The notes beneath the pieces are model-generated. The model was not told where the DNA came from. It saw nothing but the letters and a program-made list of their open reading frames with translations, and did not search any database. A stretch of DNA of 64,000 nucleotides from an uncultured bacterium (lineage in GTDB: Bacteria; JAUVQV01; CAWCAY01): positions 91,526 through 155,525 of the forward strand of contig CAWCAY010000002.1 of NCBI GenBank assembly GCA_963793725.1, read 5' to 3'. The position numbers and the translations under genes were made by a program. Within the stretch, counting starts at the first letter, position 1, and each line of letters begins with the position of its first letter. Shown in pieces: positions 43,801 through 55,386 of this stretch.

Positions 43801-44208
43801 ATGGGACGTCTGCCGACGGAACTGCGGATCGAGACCGGCACCAGGACCCAGTTCCTGGACATCACCACCGAGGTCGCCCAGGCGGTGCGCGAGGCCGGCT
43901 TGTCCAACGGCACGGTGGTCGTCTTCGTCCCCCACACCACCGCCGGGATGACCATCAACGAGCACGCCGATCCCGACGTGGTGGCCGACCTGATCGCCGC
44001 CCTGGATCGCCTCGTCCCCTGGAAGAGCCATTACGCCCACGCCGAAGGGAACAGTGCCGCCCACATCAAGGCCTCCCTGATCGGTTCCTCGGTCACCGTG
44101 CCGGTCGGCGCCGGCAAGCTCCTGCTGGGCACCTGGCAGGGGATCTTTCTGGCCGAGTTCGATGGGCCCCGCTCCCGCCGGGTCCTGGTTTCCTGCCTCC
44201 CCGCCTGA
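43801..44208 (+). CDS. YjbQ/UPF0047 family protein (secondary thiamine-phosphate synthase enzyme family)
   Basis: Full-length UPF0047 match (VVVFVPHTTAGMTINE...). Confidence 0.8.
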   Translation: MGRLPTELRIETGTRTQFLDITTEVAQAVREAGLSNGTVVVFVPHTTAGMTINEHADPDVVADLIAALDRLVPWKSHYAHAEGNSAAHIKASLIGSSVTVPVGAGKLLLGTWQGIFLAEFDGPRSRRVLVSCLPA

Positions 44209-44244
44209 CCGGGGACCTACCGGAGCGAGGAGAGAGCGGACGGC

Positions 44245-45298
44245 ATGTGCGAGTTCTGCACCCAGCATGGCGAGGGGAAGGTCTGGTACCTTGAGGCCCG
44301 CAACCACTCCCGCGAGCTGATGGACCGGCTCGGCGTGGAAGCGCGCCACCAGTCGCACTCCGGCTCCTTCGAGGATTCGATCATCCGCCTCTACACCCTG
44401 TACGACAAGCTCTCGCCGCTCTGGCGCCGCGTCGGCTGGCTCAAGCGGGCCGGGCACGACTGGGCGGTGCGAAAGTACAAGAAGAAGCACTACGGCCAGA
44501 TCGTGCCGCGCGAGCATGTCCACCGCATCTTCCAGATGACCCAGTCGATCGTGCGCCTGCCGTGCACCTGCCGCCGCTTCGTCCGCGGCAAGCCCGAGGC
44601 GCGCTACTGTTTCGGGCTGGGATTGGGCCCGGCGGGGTACCGGGAATCGGATCCCTTCAGGGCCGACCTGGAAGTGCTGACTCCCGAAGCAGCCGCGGCC
44701 ATGACCGATGCCTACCAGCGCGACGAGGGGCTGATCCACACCGTCTGGACCATGCCCAGCCCGTTCGTGGCCACCATTTGCAACTGCTCCCACCGCGACT
44801 GCGGAGCGCTCTTCACCACCTACCGGATGGGCATCGAGGTCCTCTTCCCCGGCGAGCACAAGGCCGTGGTCTCAGACTCGCTCTGCCGCCGGTGCGACCG
44901 CTGCGTCAAGGCCTGCCCCTTCGGGGCGATCACCCCCGGGAAGGGCGGCCGGCCGGTGGCCGTGGTCGGCTTCCTGTGCCAGGGCTGCGGCCTCTGCCGC
45001 CAGGCGTGCCCGCACGGGGCGCTGGCCCTGGGGGGCCTCGACGACGGCCGCCACCCGCACGAACACGAAGGGCTCCATGGGCACCCCGATCAGCCTTGAC
45101 ACCGCGGCGTGCCCCGGCCCCTTTCCCTGCGGGCGCTGCCTCGACGCCTGCGACGAGGGGGTGCTGATGGCCCGTCCATTTCCGACGGACCTGGGTGGCA
45201 AGGAGTACCGGGTGGTGATCGTCCTGCGCCACCGCTGCACCGGCTGCCGGCGGTGCGTCGAAGCCTGCCCGGCCGGCTGCATCCGCGTCGGCGCCTGA
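44245..45298 (+). CDS. Cys-rich iron-sulfur protein with multiple 4Fe-4S ferredoxin motifs; probable frameshift in a G6 run near 45055
   Basis: CxxC and CxCx4C motifs, CRRCDRCVKACP and CQGCGLCRQACP. The downstream ORF 45077..45298 (CGRCLDACDEG... CTGCRRCVEACPAGC) is probably its C-terminus. Confidence 0.5.
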
Positions 45299-45448
45299 AG
45301 CACCCGGGCAGCACCCGGAGGCACCCGTCACCGAAATCGTGCCCAATTTGTGCCAATTTTGGCAACTTTGTGCATACAGCTTGCCATTCCGCCATTCTTT
45401 CACTTCGAAATCGTTGCCTCCGGCCGGAATTTCGCTTATGTTTGACTT

Positions 45449-47221
45449 ATGGGCACCGACGACGCCTGTCCCTCGAACGGGACGGGCCATGGTTTTCTTT
45501 CCTCGATACGCTTCCGCGTAATGGCCCTGGTGTTGATTGCCGTCCTGGTTCCGTCCGTCTGCGCCGGCTTCGTCGCCTGGCGGTTCCTCAAGAGCAACAT
45601 GGAGAAGGCCATCCACCGCGAACTGGAGGCGACCGCCATCAGCCGCGGCGAGCGCGCCGTCGAGTGGCTCAGCCAGCGGCGCGCCGAGATGAGCGCCATC
45701 AACCGGGAGCAGTCGCTGTTGCAGGCCGAGCGGGAGGGCCTCCTCTCCGGTTCGGCCATGTCGATCGAGATCATCCGCGAGAACCTGCGCTTGCAGAAAG
45801 AGAACTACGACGGTTTCACCGCCTTCGCCCTGATCGACCAGAACCACGCGGTCATCGCCCAGGCGCCGGCGAGCTACATCGCCTCGCCCTTCCCGCCTCT
45901 CCAGACGCCCATCCCGGCCGCCGACAAGGGTGAACTCCACCGGGTCTCCGGGTGGCACAACCTGGTGATCGCCGAGCGGGTGATCGAGGCCCCCGGCCGC
46001 TCCGGTTCCGGCCCCAAAAGCATCACCCTGCTCGGCTTCATCGATCCGGAATCACTCGAGCGCCACCTGGCTGACGACAACACACACAACCTGAAAAGCT
46101 ACCTGGTGACCGCCGACGGGAAGGGCGCCTCCCCATCGGCCAAAGGCATCTCGGCCGACCAGGTCAGGCGGCTCATTGGCGAGTCCCTGCCGGCGAATGA
46201 CATCCGGCCATACACCGGCGCGGGCAGGATGGATGCCCTGGGCATCGCCTTCAAGCTGAGGGAGTTCCCCGTCATCCTGGTGAGCGAATCGGCGCGCGAG
46301 GAGATCCAGGCGGCGCTGTCGGGGCTCCGCCAAAGCATGGTGACGGTCATTCTCGTCATCACCGTGCTGATGCTGGTGCCGAGCCTCCTCCTGGCCAGGT
46401 CGATCATCCTTCCGCTGGAGGATCTGAGCCGGACGGCCAAGCTCATCCGAGAGGGGCGCCTCGGCCTGGCGGCCACGACCAAGGCCGGCGGCGAACTGGG
46501 CCGCCTGACGGCCAACTTCAACGACATGTCCAACGTCCTCAAGACGATCATGGACGAACTGACCCTGGCCAACGCCCGTTTGAACATCCTCTCCACCACC
46601 GACCACCTGACCGAGATCCGCAACCGCCGCTTCCTGATGGACCACCTGCAGGAGGAGATCAAGCGGTCGACGCGCACCGGAGAGCCCCTGTCGGTCATCA
46701 TGCTGGACATCGACCATTTCAAGAGCTTCAACGACCGCTACGGGCACAAGGGAGGGGACGCCGCCCTCAGGGAGGTCGCCCGGAGGATCGTCACGGCGGT
46801 CAGGGAAACCGACATGGTCGGCCGGTTCGGCGGCGAGGAGTTCCTGATGATCCTGCCCGACACCGACAAGGCCGGGGCCATTGCCGTAGCCGAGAAGGTC
46901 CGGGTCGAGATCTCCAGCCGCCCGCTGGAGCTTGAAGGCGAGAACGCCACCGGCCTGACGGTCAGCCTGGGGGTGGGCACCCTCCCGGAAGACGCCGACA
47001 CGGTCGACCGGCTGGTGGACAGCGCCGACCGGCAGCTCTACCGGGCCAAGAACTTCGGGCGCAACCAGGTCGGCAACCTGGTCCGGTCCGTGACCGAAAG
47101 GATGGACACGCCGGATGACCCCAGCGCGGCCTTCACTTCTGGCTCAGCTTCTGGAAGCGGGAGTATATCCCCGAAATCTGCGAAAAATAGAACGCCGCGC
47201 CGGCCGAGTTCTCCTTCTTGA
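45449..47221 (+). CDS. Membrane sensor diguanylate cyclase (periplasmic Cache-like sensor, HAMP, GGDEF)
   Basis: TM helix, extracytoplasmic region, second TM plus HAMP, GGDEF domain with GGEEF and RYGGEEF. Exact start is uncertain; the C-terminal tail overlaps the next gene and may be shorter. Confidence 0.75.
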   Translation: MGTDDACPSNGTGHGFLSSIRFRVMALVLIAVLVPSVCAGFVAWRFLKSNMEKAIHRELEATAISRGERAVEWLSQRRAEMSAINREQSLLQAEREGLLSGSAMSIEIIRENLRLQKENYDGFTAFALIDQNHAVIAQAPASYIASPFPPLQTPIPAADKGELHRVSGWHNLVIAERVIEAPGRSGSGPKSITLLGFIDPESLERHLADDNTHNLKSYLVTADGKGASPSAKGISADQVRRLIGESLPANDIRPYTGAGRMDALGIAFKLREFPVILVSESAREEIQAALSGLRQSMVTVILVITVLMLVPSLLLARSIILPLEDLSRTAKLIREGRLGLAATTKAGGELGRLTANFNDMSNVLKTIMDELTLANARLNILSTTDHLTEIRNRRFLMDHLQEEIKRSTRTGEPLSVIMLDIDHFKSFNDRYGHKGGDAALREVARRIVTAVRETDMVGRFGGEEFLMILPDTDKAGAIAVAEKVRVEISSRPLELEGENATGLTVSLGVGTLPEDADTVDRLVDSADRQLYRAKNFGRNQVGNLVRSVTERMDTPDDPSAAFTSGSASGSGSISPKSAKNRTPRRPSSPS

Positions 47222-47909
47222 GTTGTGCCTCCCCCTCGTGGAGGTGCCCCCGGGCATATCCCGCCAGTTCGACCGCCGCCGCTGACTTGACCGTTTCCAT
47301 CCGCTGGACCATGACCTTCGCTTCGGCGTGCATGGCCGCCACTTGCTTGGTCGAGTACTTCCGGACGTTCTCGATGATCTCGGCGGCTGAGGCCTGGGCG
47401 TCGCCGAGCTGGCTCTTCAGCTCCCTGACGGTCAGCTCGGCCTGGGCGAGTTCGTTGCGTAGCGCCCCGTTCTTCAGCCGGTAGCGCTCTACTTCCTCCT
47501 TGAGGCTCCTGATCCTCGTTTCCCAAGCCTGCCGGCTCACCACCCCCGCTTCCATGGCAGCCGTCCCGCCTCCGGCGGCCAGTTCCACCCGCAGGGTATC
47601 GAAGAGCGGCGCCATGGCCTCCTCGAGGCGCGCGAACCCGGCGGTGTCACCGGCATCCCGTGCGACGGCGAGTTGGTCGAGGAGGGCGTCGAGACGCCCC
47701 ACCTGGTAGGGGACGGCGCGCATGCCGGCCTCCCGCTGGTCGTTCAGTTCCCGGGCGGCCCGGGTGTAACGGTCGGCAAGTGATTCACGCCCCGGCAGTT
47801 GCCCCGAGGCGGCGGCACGGGCGGCCGGTTTCGACGGCTGCATCAACGCGCAACCCACGCCCGCAAGAACCAGAATGAACGCCACCATCAGTATCTTCCG
47901 CATACGCAC
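47133..47909 (-). CDS. Coiled-coil lipoprotein, hypothetical
   Basis: Lipobox LVLAGVGC followed by coiled-coil-prone sequence. Confidence 0.5.
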   Translation of the reverse strand: MRMRKILMVAFILVLAGVGCALMQPSKPAARAAASGQLPGRESLADRYTRAARELNDQREAGMRAVPYQVGRLDALLDQLAVARDAGDTAGFARLEEAMAPLFDTLRVELAAGGGTAAMEAGVVSRQAWETRIRSLKEEVERYRLKNGALRNELAQAELTVRELKSQLGDAQASAAEIIENVRKYSTKQVAAMHAEAKVMVQRMETVKSAAAVELAGYARGHLHEGEAQLKKENSAGAAFYFSQISGIYSRFQKLSQK

Positions 47910-47933
47910 GCTCCATGAAAGGCGGTTCCACCA

Positions 47934-48557
47934 TCACGATGAAGGACGCCGGGCGAAGGAGAGCCCCGGCGGCCAGAATGACAACAGGCACCCGGCGCTG
48001 ATGCCCAGCGTGGCCGCCCAGAAGGCGGGCAGGTGCCACCCGGTCTCGTGCAGCAGGGCGAAGTCCATGATGAAGAAGACGAAACCGGCGTGGATCAGGA
48101 TCGAGCCGAGCTGCATCAGGAAGCCCGACTTGCGGAAGCGCATCCGCTTGCCGGCGACCAGCAGCCCGAGAGTCACCATCTGGAAACCGATCGACACCGT
48201 CAGGATGACCATGATGGCCGGCATGAGACCGTAGGCGAGCCACAGGACGGCCGTGACCACCAGCAGGACGGCCGCCGAGACAACCAGCCAGCGCCCCGGC
48301 AGCATCCGCTTGGGGACGCAGACGACCAGCAGCAGGCAGATCAGGATCACCAGCGGCGAGGCCAGCCGGTTCATGGTCATCTGGTAGCCGATGACGTTCC
48401 AGCCGGGCCTGGCCGAGGCGTACTTGTAGTAGAACATCGACCCGAGGCAGAGGAGCCCCAATCCCAGCAGCGCCAGGGTGGTAAGGAAGGTCAGGATGAA
48501 GTCCGAGTCGAATTGGGCGCCCGGCGCCACCCCGCCCGAAGCCTCGGGCCGCTGCAC
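47934..48557 (-). CDS. Hypothetical polytopic membrane protein
   Basis: 5-6 predicted TM helices; 1-nt overlap with the upstream ccsA-like stop. Confidence 0.45.
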   Translation of the reverse strand: MQRPEASGGVAPGAQFDSDFILTFLTTLALLGLGLLCLGSMFYYKYASARPGWNVIGYQMTMNRLASPLVILICLLLVVCVPKRMLPGRWLVVSAAVLLVVTAVLWLAYGLMPAIMVILTVSIGFQMVTLGLLVAGKRMRFRKSGFLMQLGSILIHAGFVFFIMDFALLHETGWHLPAFWAATLGISAGCLLSFWPPGLSFARRPSS

Positions 48558-49585
48558 TAGAAGGTGTGTTCACCGGGGAAGAACCAGGACATGAAGTAGG
48601 TGAACAGCAGCGAGGCGTAGCAGAGGACCCCCAGCGCGGCCGTCTGCCTCCGCCCGGCGTCGGTGTGCATAACGAAGCGGTGGTGCAGGTAGGCCGAGTA
48701 GAGGAGCCACATCATGATCGACGCGGCGATCTTCGGGTCCCACCACCAGTTCGGCCCCCAGGCCATGATCGCCCAGGGGTAGCCGACCAGCATGCCGAAG
48801 GTGAGCAGCAGGTAGCCGAGCTTGGCATATTCGTAGCCGGAGCGGTCGATGCCGGGGTCGATCCCCCGGAAGGTGAACAGCGACGCGGCGAAGGTGGCCG
48901 CCAGCGTGGCGTAGCCGATGAACAGCAGCGGCGGGTGGATCCACATGTACGAGGCGTTGTAGAAGAAGACCATGCGGGGGTAGAGGCCCATGAAGACCTG
49001 CTCGCGCGGCGCGCCGGCGAAGAAGGGGAGGACCTCCTGGTGGAACTGGGGCAGCGGCGGGGCGAAGGGGTTGTCCCAGATGGCCATGCCGGTCACCTGC
49101 AGGGCCAGCATCACCCGCAGGGTCATCAGGTAGCCGAAGTGCCGCCGGCGTTCCTCGACCAGCAGGATCAAGGCGGTGATCAGGGTCCAGAAGTAGAACT
49201 TCCCCCCCTCGACCCAGAGGGGGATCAGGTAGCGGGGCGGAGACGCCGGATCGACCTGGCCCAGCGACGATCCCCCGCGCATCTTCCGCAGCAGGAAGTT
49301 GACCCACGACGCCTGCTCGGCGGTGAGTTCCAGCGGCAGCAGGCGGTTGATCCGCCAGTGGTACCAGACGAGCAGCAGGAAGCCGCCCAGGAGGCAGGCG
49401 AACGAAACCGCCGAGGCGGCCGCCGGTCGCATCCACGGCCGGTCGGGAACTCCGCCGCCCCGTGCGCGGCGGAGGAAGGCCACCAGGATGCCCGCCCATG
49501 CCGCCGCGACCGCCGGCCAGACAAACAGCTGCCCGAGCCGCCCACAGAGTTCCCGGGAGGCCACATAGGCGCCGAAGTCGGCCAT
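48557..49585 (-). CDS. ccsA: Cytochrome c-type biogenesis protein CcsA/ResC-like (System II heme handling, WWD domain)
   Basis: Trp-rich WWD motif WGPNWWWDPKIAAS and flanking conserved His residues in a polytopic membrane protein. Confidence 0.7.
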   Translation of the reverse strand: MADFGAYVASRELCGRLGQLFVWPAVAAAWAGILVAFLRRARGGGVPDRPWMRPAAASAVSFACLLGGFLLLVWYHWRINRLLPLELTAEQASWVNFLLRKMRGGSSLGQVDPASPPRYLIPLWVEGGKFYFWTLITALILLVEERRRHFGYLMTLRVMLALQVTGMAIWDNPFAPPLPQFHQEVLPFFAGAPREQVFMGLYPRMVFFYNASYMWIHPPLLFIGYATLAATFAASLFTFRGIDPGIDRSGYEYAKLGYLLLTFGMLVGYPWAIMAWGPNWWWDPKIAASIMMWLLYSAYLHHRFVMHTDAGRRQTAALGVLCYASLLFTYFMSWFFPGEHTF

Positions 49586-50214
49586 CAGAGGTTGAAATCC
49601 CGGGCGGTGACGATCCGGTAGCCGTGCGCAGTCAGGGCCGCTTCCACCGGTTTGGGATCGGTCGTCATGACCCGCACAACGATGATGCGCATGCCCGGCT
49701 GCGCCTCGAAGAAGGTGGCCAGGCTGACGATGTTCAACTCCTTCTCCTTGATGATGCGGGAGATCTCCAGCAACTGCCCCGGCTTGTCGGGGACCTCGAT
49801 CGAGATGCGCGAACTGGGGACCTTCTGCCCCATCTCCTCGACGAACATCTCCAGCATGATGGTCCGGTTGATGTAGCCGACCAGCTTGCCGTCCTTGACC
49901 ACCGGCAGTCCGGAGATGTCCTTGTCGTGCATCAGGACCGCGGCTTCCTCGATGGTCGCCTCCGGGCCGATGGTGACCACGTTGCGGACCATGAACTTGG
50001 CCACCGTCAGCTTCGACAGCAGGTAGGTCAGCTCATGGATGGAGAGGCTGGTGGCCGGCGAGGGGAGGACGTGCTGCAGGTCGACGTCGGAGACGATGCC
50101 GACCAGCCGCTCCCCCTCGACGACCATCAACTGGCGGACCTTGTTCTCCTTCATCAGGCGGACGGCATCGTCAAGGCCGGCGTCCGGCGCGCAACTTATC
50201 GGCGTCTTCATCAT
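49585..50214 (-). CDS. CBS-pair plus ACT domain protein
   Basis: Two CBS motifs then an ACT-like C-terminus. Confidence 0.7.
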   Translation of the reverse strand: MMKTPISCAPDAGLDDAVRLMKENKVRQLMVVEGERLVGIVSDVDLQHVLPSPATSLSIHELTYLLSKLTVAKFMVRNVVTIGPEATIEEAAVLMHDKDISGLPVVKDGKLVGYINRTIMLEMFVEEMGQKVPSSRISIEVPDKPGQLLEISRIIKEKELNIVSLATFFEAQPGMRIIVVRVMTTDPKPVEAALTAHGYRIVTARDFNL

Positions 50215-50278
50215 TCTGAGTCCGACGTACATGACGATCTCCTCCTTTGGAGAGGCGAGGTCCGGGCGAACCGGATCA

Positions 50279-51566
<1,288 letters not shown>

Positions 51567-51757
51567 GCAGGGCCCCTCCTGTTGCGGCGCGCACGGCGCC
51601 CGGTTGAAACGATCTAGGCCATGAAGACCGCCGCCGCCGCCAGGCCGCGCGCATGCCGATCCGGGCCTCCGGCCGCTACTGACGGGCATTGTAGGGCTGC
51701 CGTCACGGCCTTGTCAATCGCCCAATTGACGTGGAAATCCGCGCCCGAGGGGATATA

Positions 51758-54010
51758 ATGGCCGGCATGGAGCGTATCGGGAAATCGAGCCCGCCCGGCC
51801 TCGGCAGGTTGACCGTCCTGGCCGCGATGATGGCCGGCGTGATGGCCATGTCGGTCTACTTCCACTTCGTCCTGCGGGTGGAGACGGTCTACACCCACTT
51901 CTTCTACGTCCCGATCATCCTGGCCGCCTACTGGTGGGCCTGGAAGGGCTTCGCCGTGGCCATCCTGTCGGCCGCCAGCGTCGTCACCTGCCACGCGCTG
52001 GCGCTCGGGGCGGCCGAAATCCACGACGAGTTGATGCGCGGCGGGGTATTCCTGCTGGTCGGGGCGATGGCCTCCCAGCTCGCCGTCGTGCGGGACCGGG
52101 CCACCTCGGCCCTGCGGGAGAACGAGCGGCGACTGCGCGACATCATCGACTCGTCGCCCTTCGGCTCACACCTCTTCCGGCTCGTCGGCAACCGCCTGGT
52201 CCTGACCGGCTACAACCAGACGGCCGAGCGCATCCTGGGCGTCCCACACGCGCAGTTCGTCGGCCAGGAGATCGCCGAGGCCTTCCCCGGCCTCGAGGAC
52301 GGGGTCATCCCGGCCACGTACGCCCGCATCGCCCGCAACGGCGGGCACGAGGTCATCCGCCACCTCGTCTACGACCGGGGGGGCATCGCCGGGACTTTCG
52401 AGATCCACGCCTTCCAGACCGCCCCGGGATCGATGGCCACCTTCTTCCAGGAGATATCCGAACGGGAGCAAGCCGCCGCGCAGCTCGCGGCCGAGAAGGA
52501 GCGGCTGGCGGTCACCCTGCGGAGCATCGGCGACGGGGTCATCAGCACCGACGCCGGCGGGCGGGTGCTGCTGATGAACGGGACAGCCGAGAAGATCACC
52601 GGGTGGAGCGACCAGGAGGCGCGGGGGCAACGGTTCGCCGAGGTTTTCCGGCTCATCCACCCGGCCACCCTGGAGCCGATCGACGATCCCATCGGGCCGG
52701 TGCTGCGGGGCGAGGCGGCCGCGGGCACCGACCGCCAGACGGCCCTGATCGACCGCGACGGCGCAGTCAAGCTGGTCCAGAGCGGCTGCGCCCCGATCCG
52801 CGACGGCAAGCAGGGGATCGTCGGCGTGGTGGTCGTCCTGCGGGACGTGACCATGGCCCTCCGCGTCGAGGAGGAAGCCCGCAAGATGCAGCGGCTGGAA
52901 TCGCTGGGGATCATGGCCGGCGGCATCGCCCACGATTTCAACAACCTCCTGGCCGGCATCATGGGCAACGTCTCGGCCGCGCGGGCCCTGTGCGACCCCG
53001 CAGGCCCGGTCCACCGCCACCTGGAGGAGGCCGAGGAGGCCTCGCGGCGCGCCGCGGCCCTGGCCGGGCAGCTGCTCACCTTCGCCAAGGGGGGGGAGCC
53101 GGTCAAGCGGGCCATGGCGCCCGAACCGCTGGTCGCCGAGGCGGCCCGCTTCGCCCTGCGCGGCACGTCCACCCGCCTCGAGACGCGCAACGGGCCCGAC
53201 CTCTGGCCGATTGCCGCCGACGAGCGCCAGATCGCCCAGGTCATCCACCAACTGGCCCTGAACGCCTCCCAGGTCATGCCCCCGGGAGGGACGCTGCGGA
53301 TCGAGATGGGCAACCGGCGCCTGGAACCGGGGGAGGTCGGCCTCCTGCCTGCGGGCCCCTACGTCCGCATCGACGTGGCCGACTCGGGGCCGGGCATCCC
53401 GCCCGACCTGATGGGCAAGATCTTCGACCCCTACTTCACCACCAAGCCGGGAGGGGGCGGCCTGGGGCTGCCGATCTGCCACTCGATCGTCGAGCGGCAC
53501 GGGGGGCACCTGGGCGTCGTTTCGCCGCCGGGCAGGGGGACCATCTTCACGCTGTGGCTGCCGGCCCTCCCCGAGCACCGGTCCTCGGACCCGGCGCCGC
53601 CGCCGAAGGCGCCCGGCCCGCGGCGCGGGAGGCGGGTGCTCATCCTGGACGACGAGGAGCTGATCCTGTCGATGGTCACGACGATGCTCACGCGGATGGG
53701 ATGCGAGTGCGTCGGCACCCGTGACGGCGACGAGGCCGTGGCCCTGGTCGAGTCGGCGCTGCGTGATGGGAAGCCCTTCGCCGTGGCCATCCTCGACCTG
53801 ACCATTCCGGGCGGGCCGCCCGGGGAGGTGGTCATGGCCCGCATGCGGCTGGTCGATCCTGACATCCTGGGGATCGTGTCGAGCGGCTACTCGGAGCACC
53901 GGATCATGTCCAACCACCGCCAGTACGGCTTCGCCGCCATGCTCCCCAAGCCCTACCGCCTCGCGGACCTGACCGAGATCATCGATCGCCTGATCCCCGC
54001 CGATGCCTGA
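51758..54010 (+). CDS. Hybrid sensor histidine kinase (membrane N-terminus, 2 PAS, HisKA, HATPase_c, C-terminal receiver)
   Basis: H-box GIAHDFNNLL, G-boxes, receiver D in RVLILDDEELI...AILDLTIPGG. TATAAT overlaps the first ATG; the alternative ATG at 51767 could be a leaderless start. Confidence 0.8.
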   Translation: MAGMERIGKSSPPGLGRLTVLAAMMAGVMAMSVYFHFVLRVETVYTHFFYVPIILAAYWWAWKGFAVAILSAASVVTCHALALGAAEIHDELMRGGVFLLVGAMASQLAVVRDRATSALRENERRLRDIIDSSPFGSHLFRLVGNRLVLTGYNQTAERILGVPHAQFVGQEIAEAFPGLEDGVIPATYARIARNGGHEVIRHLVYDRGGIAGTFEIHAFQTAPGSMATFFQEISEREQAAAQLAAEKERLAVTLRSIGDGVISTDAGGRVLLMNGTAEKITGWSDQEARGQRFAEVFRLIHPATLEPIDDPIGPVLRGEAAAGTDRQTALIDRDGAVKLVQSGCAPIRDGKQGIVGVVVVLRDVTMALRVEEEARKMQRLESLGIMAGGIAHDFNNLLAGIMGNVSAARALCDPAGPVHRHLEEAEEASRRAAALAGQLLTFAKGGEPVKRAMAPEPLVAEAARFALRGTSTRLETRNGPDLWPIAADERQIAQVIHQLALNASQVMPPGGTLRIEMGNRRLEPGEVGLLPAGPYVRIDVADSGPGIPPDLMGKIFDPYFTTKPGGGGLGLPICHSIVERHGGHLGVVSPPGRGTIFTLWLPALPEHRSSDPAPPPKAPGPRRGRRVLILDDEELILSMVTTMLTRMGCECVGTRDGDEAVALVESALRDGKPFAVAILDLTIPGGPPGEVVMARMRLVDPDILGIVSSGYSEHRIMSNHRQYGFAAMLPKPYRLADLTEIIDRLIPADA

Positions 54011-54961
54011 CGCGGCGCCGGCCGGCCACCCCTTTCGCGTCCTGGTCGCCTGGTACAGCCAGACGGGGCAGCTCGGCCGCATCCTGGAGCGGGTGGCCGA
54101 GCCGCTGGCCGGTTCCTGCGAGGTGGAGCTCGACCGGCTGGAAATCCGCCCGATACCCCCTACCCGTTCCCTTGGACCTACGCCGCCTTCTTCGACGCCT
54201 TCCCCGAGTCGGTCGGCGAGGTGCCGCCGCCGATCGAGCCGCCGGGCATCAACCCCGCGCGGCGGTACGACCTGCTGATCCTGGGCTGCCAGGCCTGGTT
54301 TCTCTCCCCGTCCCCGCCGCTAACCGCCCTGCTCCGACACGCCCGTGATTCGGGTCTGCTGCGCGGAACTCCGGTGGTCACCGTCTGGGGGGTGCGCAAC
54401 ATGTGGGTCATGGCCCACGAGGCGGTCGGGCGGCGGCTGGCCGAGGCGGGCGCCAGGCTGGTCGGCAACGTCGTCCTGGAGGACCCGGCGCCGAACGGGG
54501 TGAGCGTGGCGACCATCTTGCGCTGGATGCTGACCGGCCGCCGCGGCACCTTCCTGGGCATAATTCCCGCCGCCGGGGTGCCCGACGGCGCGGTCGCCGC
54601 CGCCGGACGCTTCGGGACGCCCATGCTGGCGGCGCTGCGATCGGGCGATTTCGACGGCCTGCAGCGGGAAATCGTCCGCCTCGGGGGTGTGCGCGTCTCG
54701 CCGGTGCTGGTCTTCATCGAGCGGCGGGCGCGGGCCATCTTCGGGCTCTGGGCTCGCTTCATCAACGCCGGGGGGGGGCCGGGGAGCCGTTCGCGGGCCC
54801 GCCGGGTGGGTCTCTTTTCGATCTACCTGCCGCTCGCCTTCGTGCTGGCCGTCCCGCCGGTCACCCTGGCCGCCTTCCTGCGCTACCTGGTGGATCCCGC
54901 GGGGCGGCGGCGGCTGGTCGACCGGGTGACAGGCTGCGGCACGGCGAACGGCAGGGATTGA
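54003..54961 (+). CDS. Flavodoxin-like fold protein, possibly DarA (dialkylresorcinol-condensing enzyme) family; frameshifted
   Basis: N-terminus RVLVAWYSQTGQLGRILE resembles flavodoxin-like nucleotide-binding starts. The body is ORF 54221..54961 in another frame. Family assignment is tentative. Confidence 0.35.
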
Positions 54962-55016
54962 TCCGGGGGAAGATGCGGGGGAGGCCTACCGCACGACGCA
55001 GCCGGCGGTCACCGGC

Positions 55017-55271
55017 TCACGCCTCGGCCAGTTCGATGATCGCCTCGGCCCGCTCGACGTTGTAGGGATCGAGATCGCGGGGCACCTTCTCGATGCCCAG
55101 GGAAGCGAACACCAGGTGCCGGGCGCACCGGGCGGGGTGCCCTTCACAGAACTTCCGCCGCATCAGGCCGGCCATGGCCGGCAGGTCGGCCATCCTGTCC
55201 CGGAAGTAGGTGCATGACCCGAGCAGGTCACACTTGCTCTCGAGTTCCCTGTCCGTCCCACCATTTTCCAT
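55017..55271 (-). CDS. Small Cys-containing hypothetical protein (84 aa)
   Basis: ORF starting MENGGTDRELESKCDLLGSC. Confidence 0.4.
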   Translation of the reverse strand: MENGGTDRELESKCDLLGSCTYFRDRMADLPAMAGLMRRKFCEGHPARCARHLVFASLGIEKVPRDLDPYNVERAEAIIELAEA

Positions 55272-55386
55272 ATTGGGCGAAATAATGTAACGATTCAACA
55301 GAAAATGCAATAGATATTTTTGGTGTATACTTTGACCGCCATGTTCCTGGTCAACCTCTTCCGGCTCGTGTCGAGGTAGGCCGGCG

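Noticed and set aside
45077-45298. Separate small ferredoxin gene
   Set aside because: More likely the C-terminal part of the 44245 Fe-S protein, separated by a frameshift in a G6 run. The in-frame upstream extension has no start or RBS.
51726-51759. TTGACG ... TATAAT promoter for the hybrid HK
   Set aside because: The 22-nt spacer is again non-canonical.
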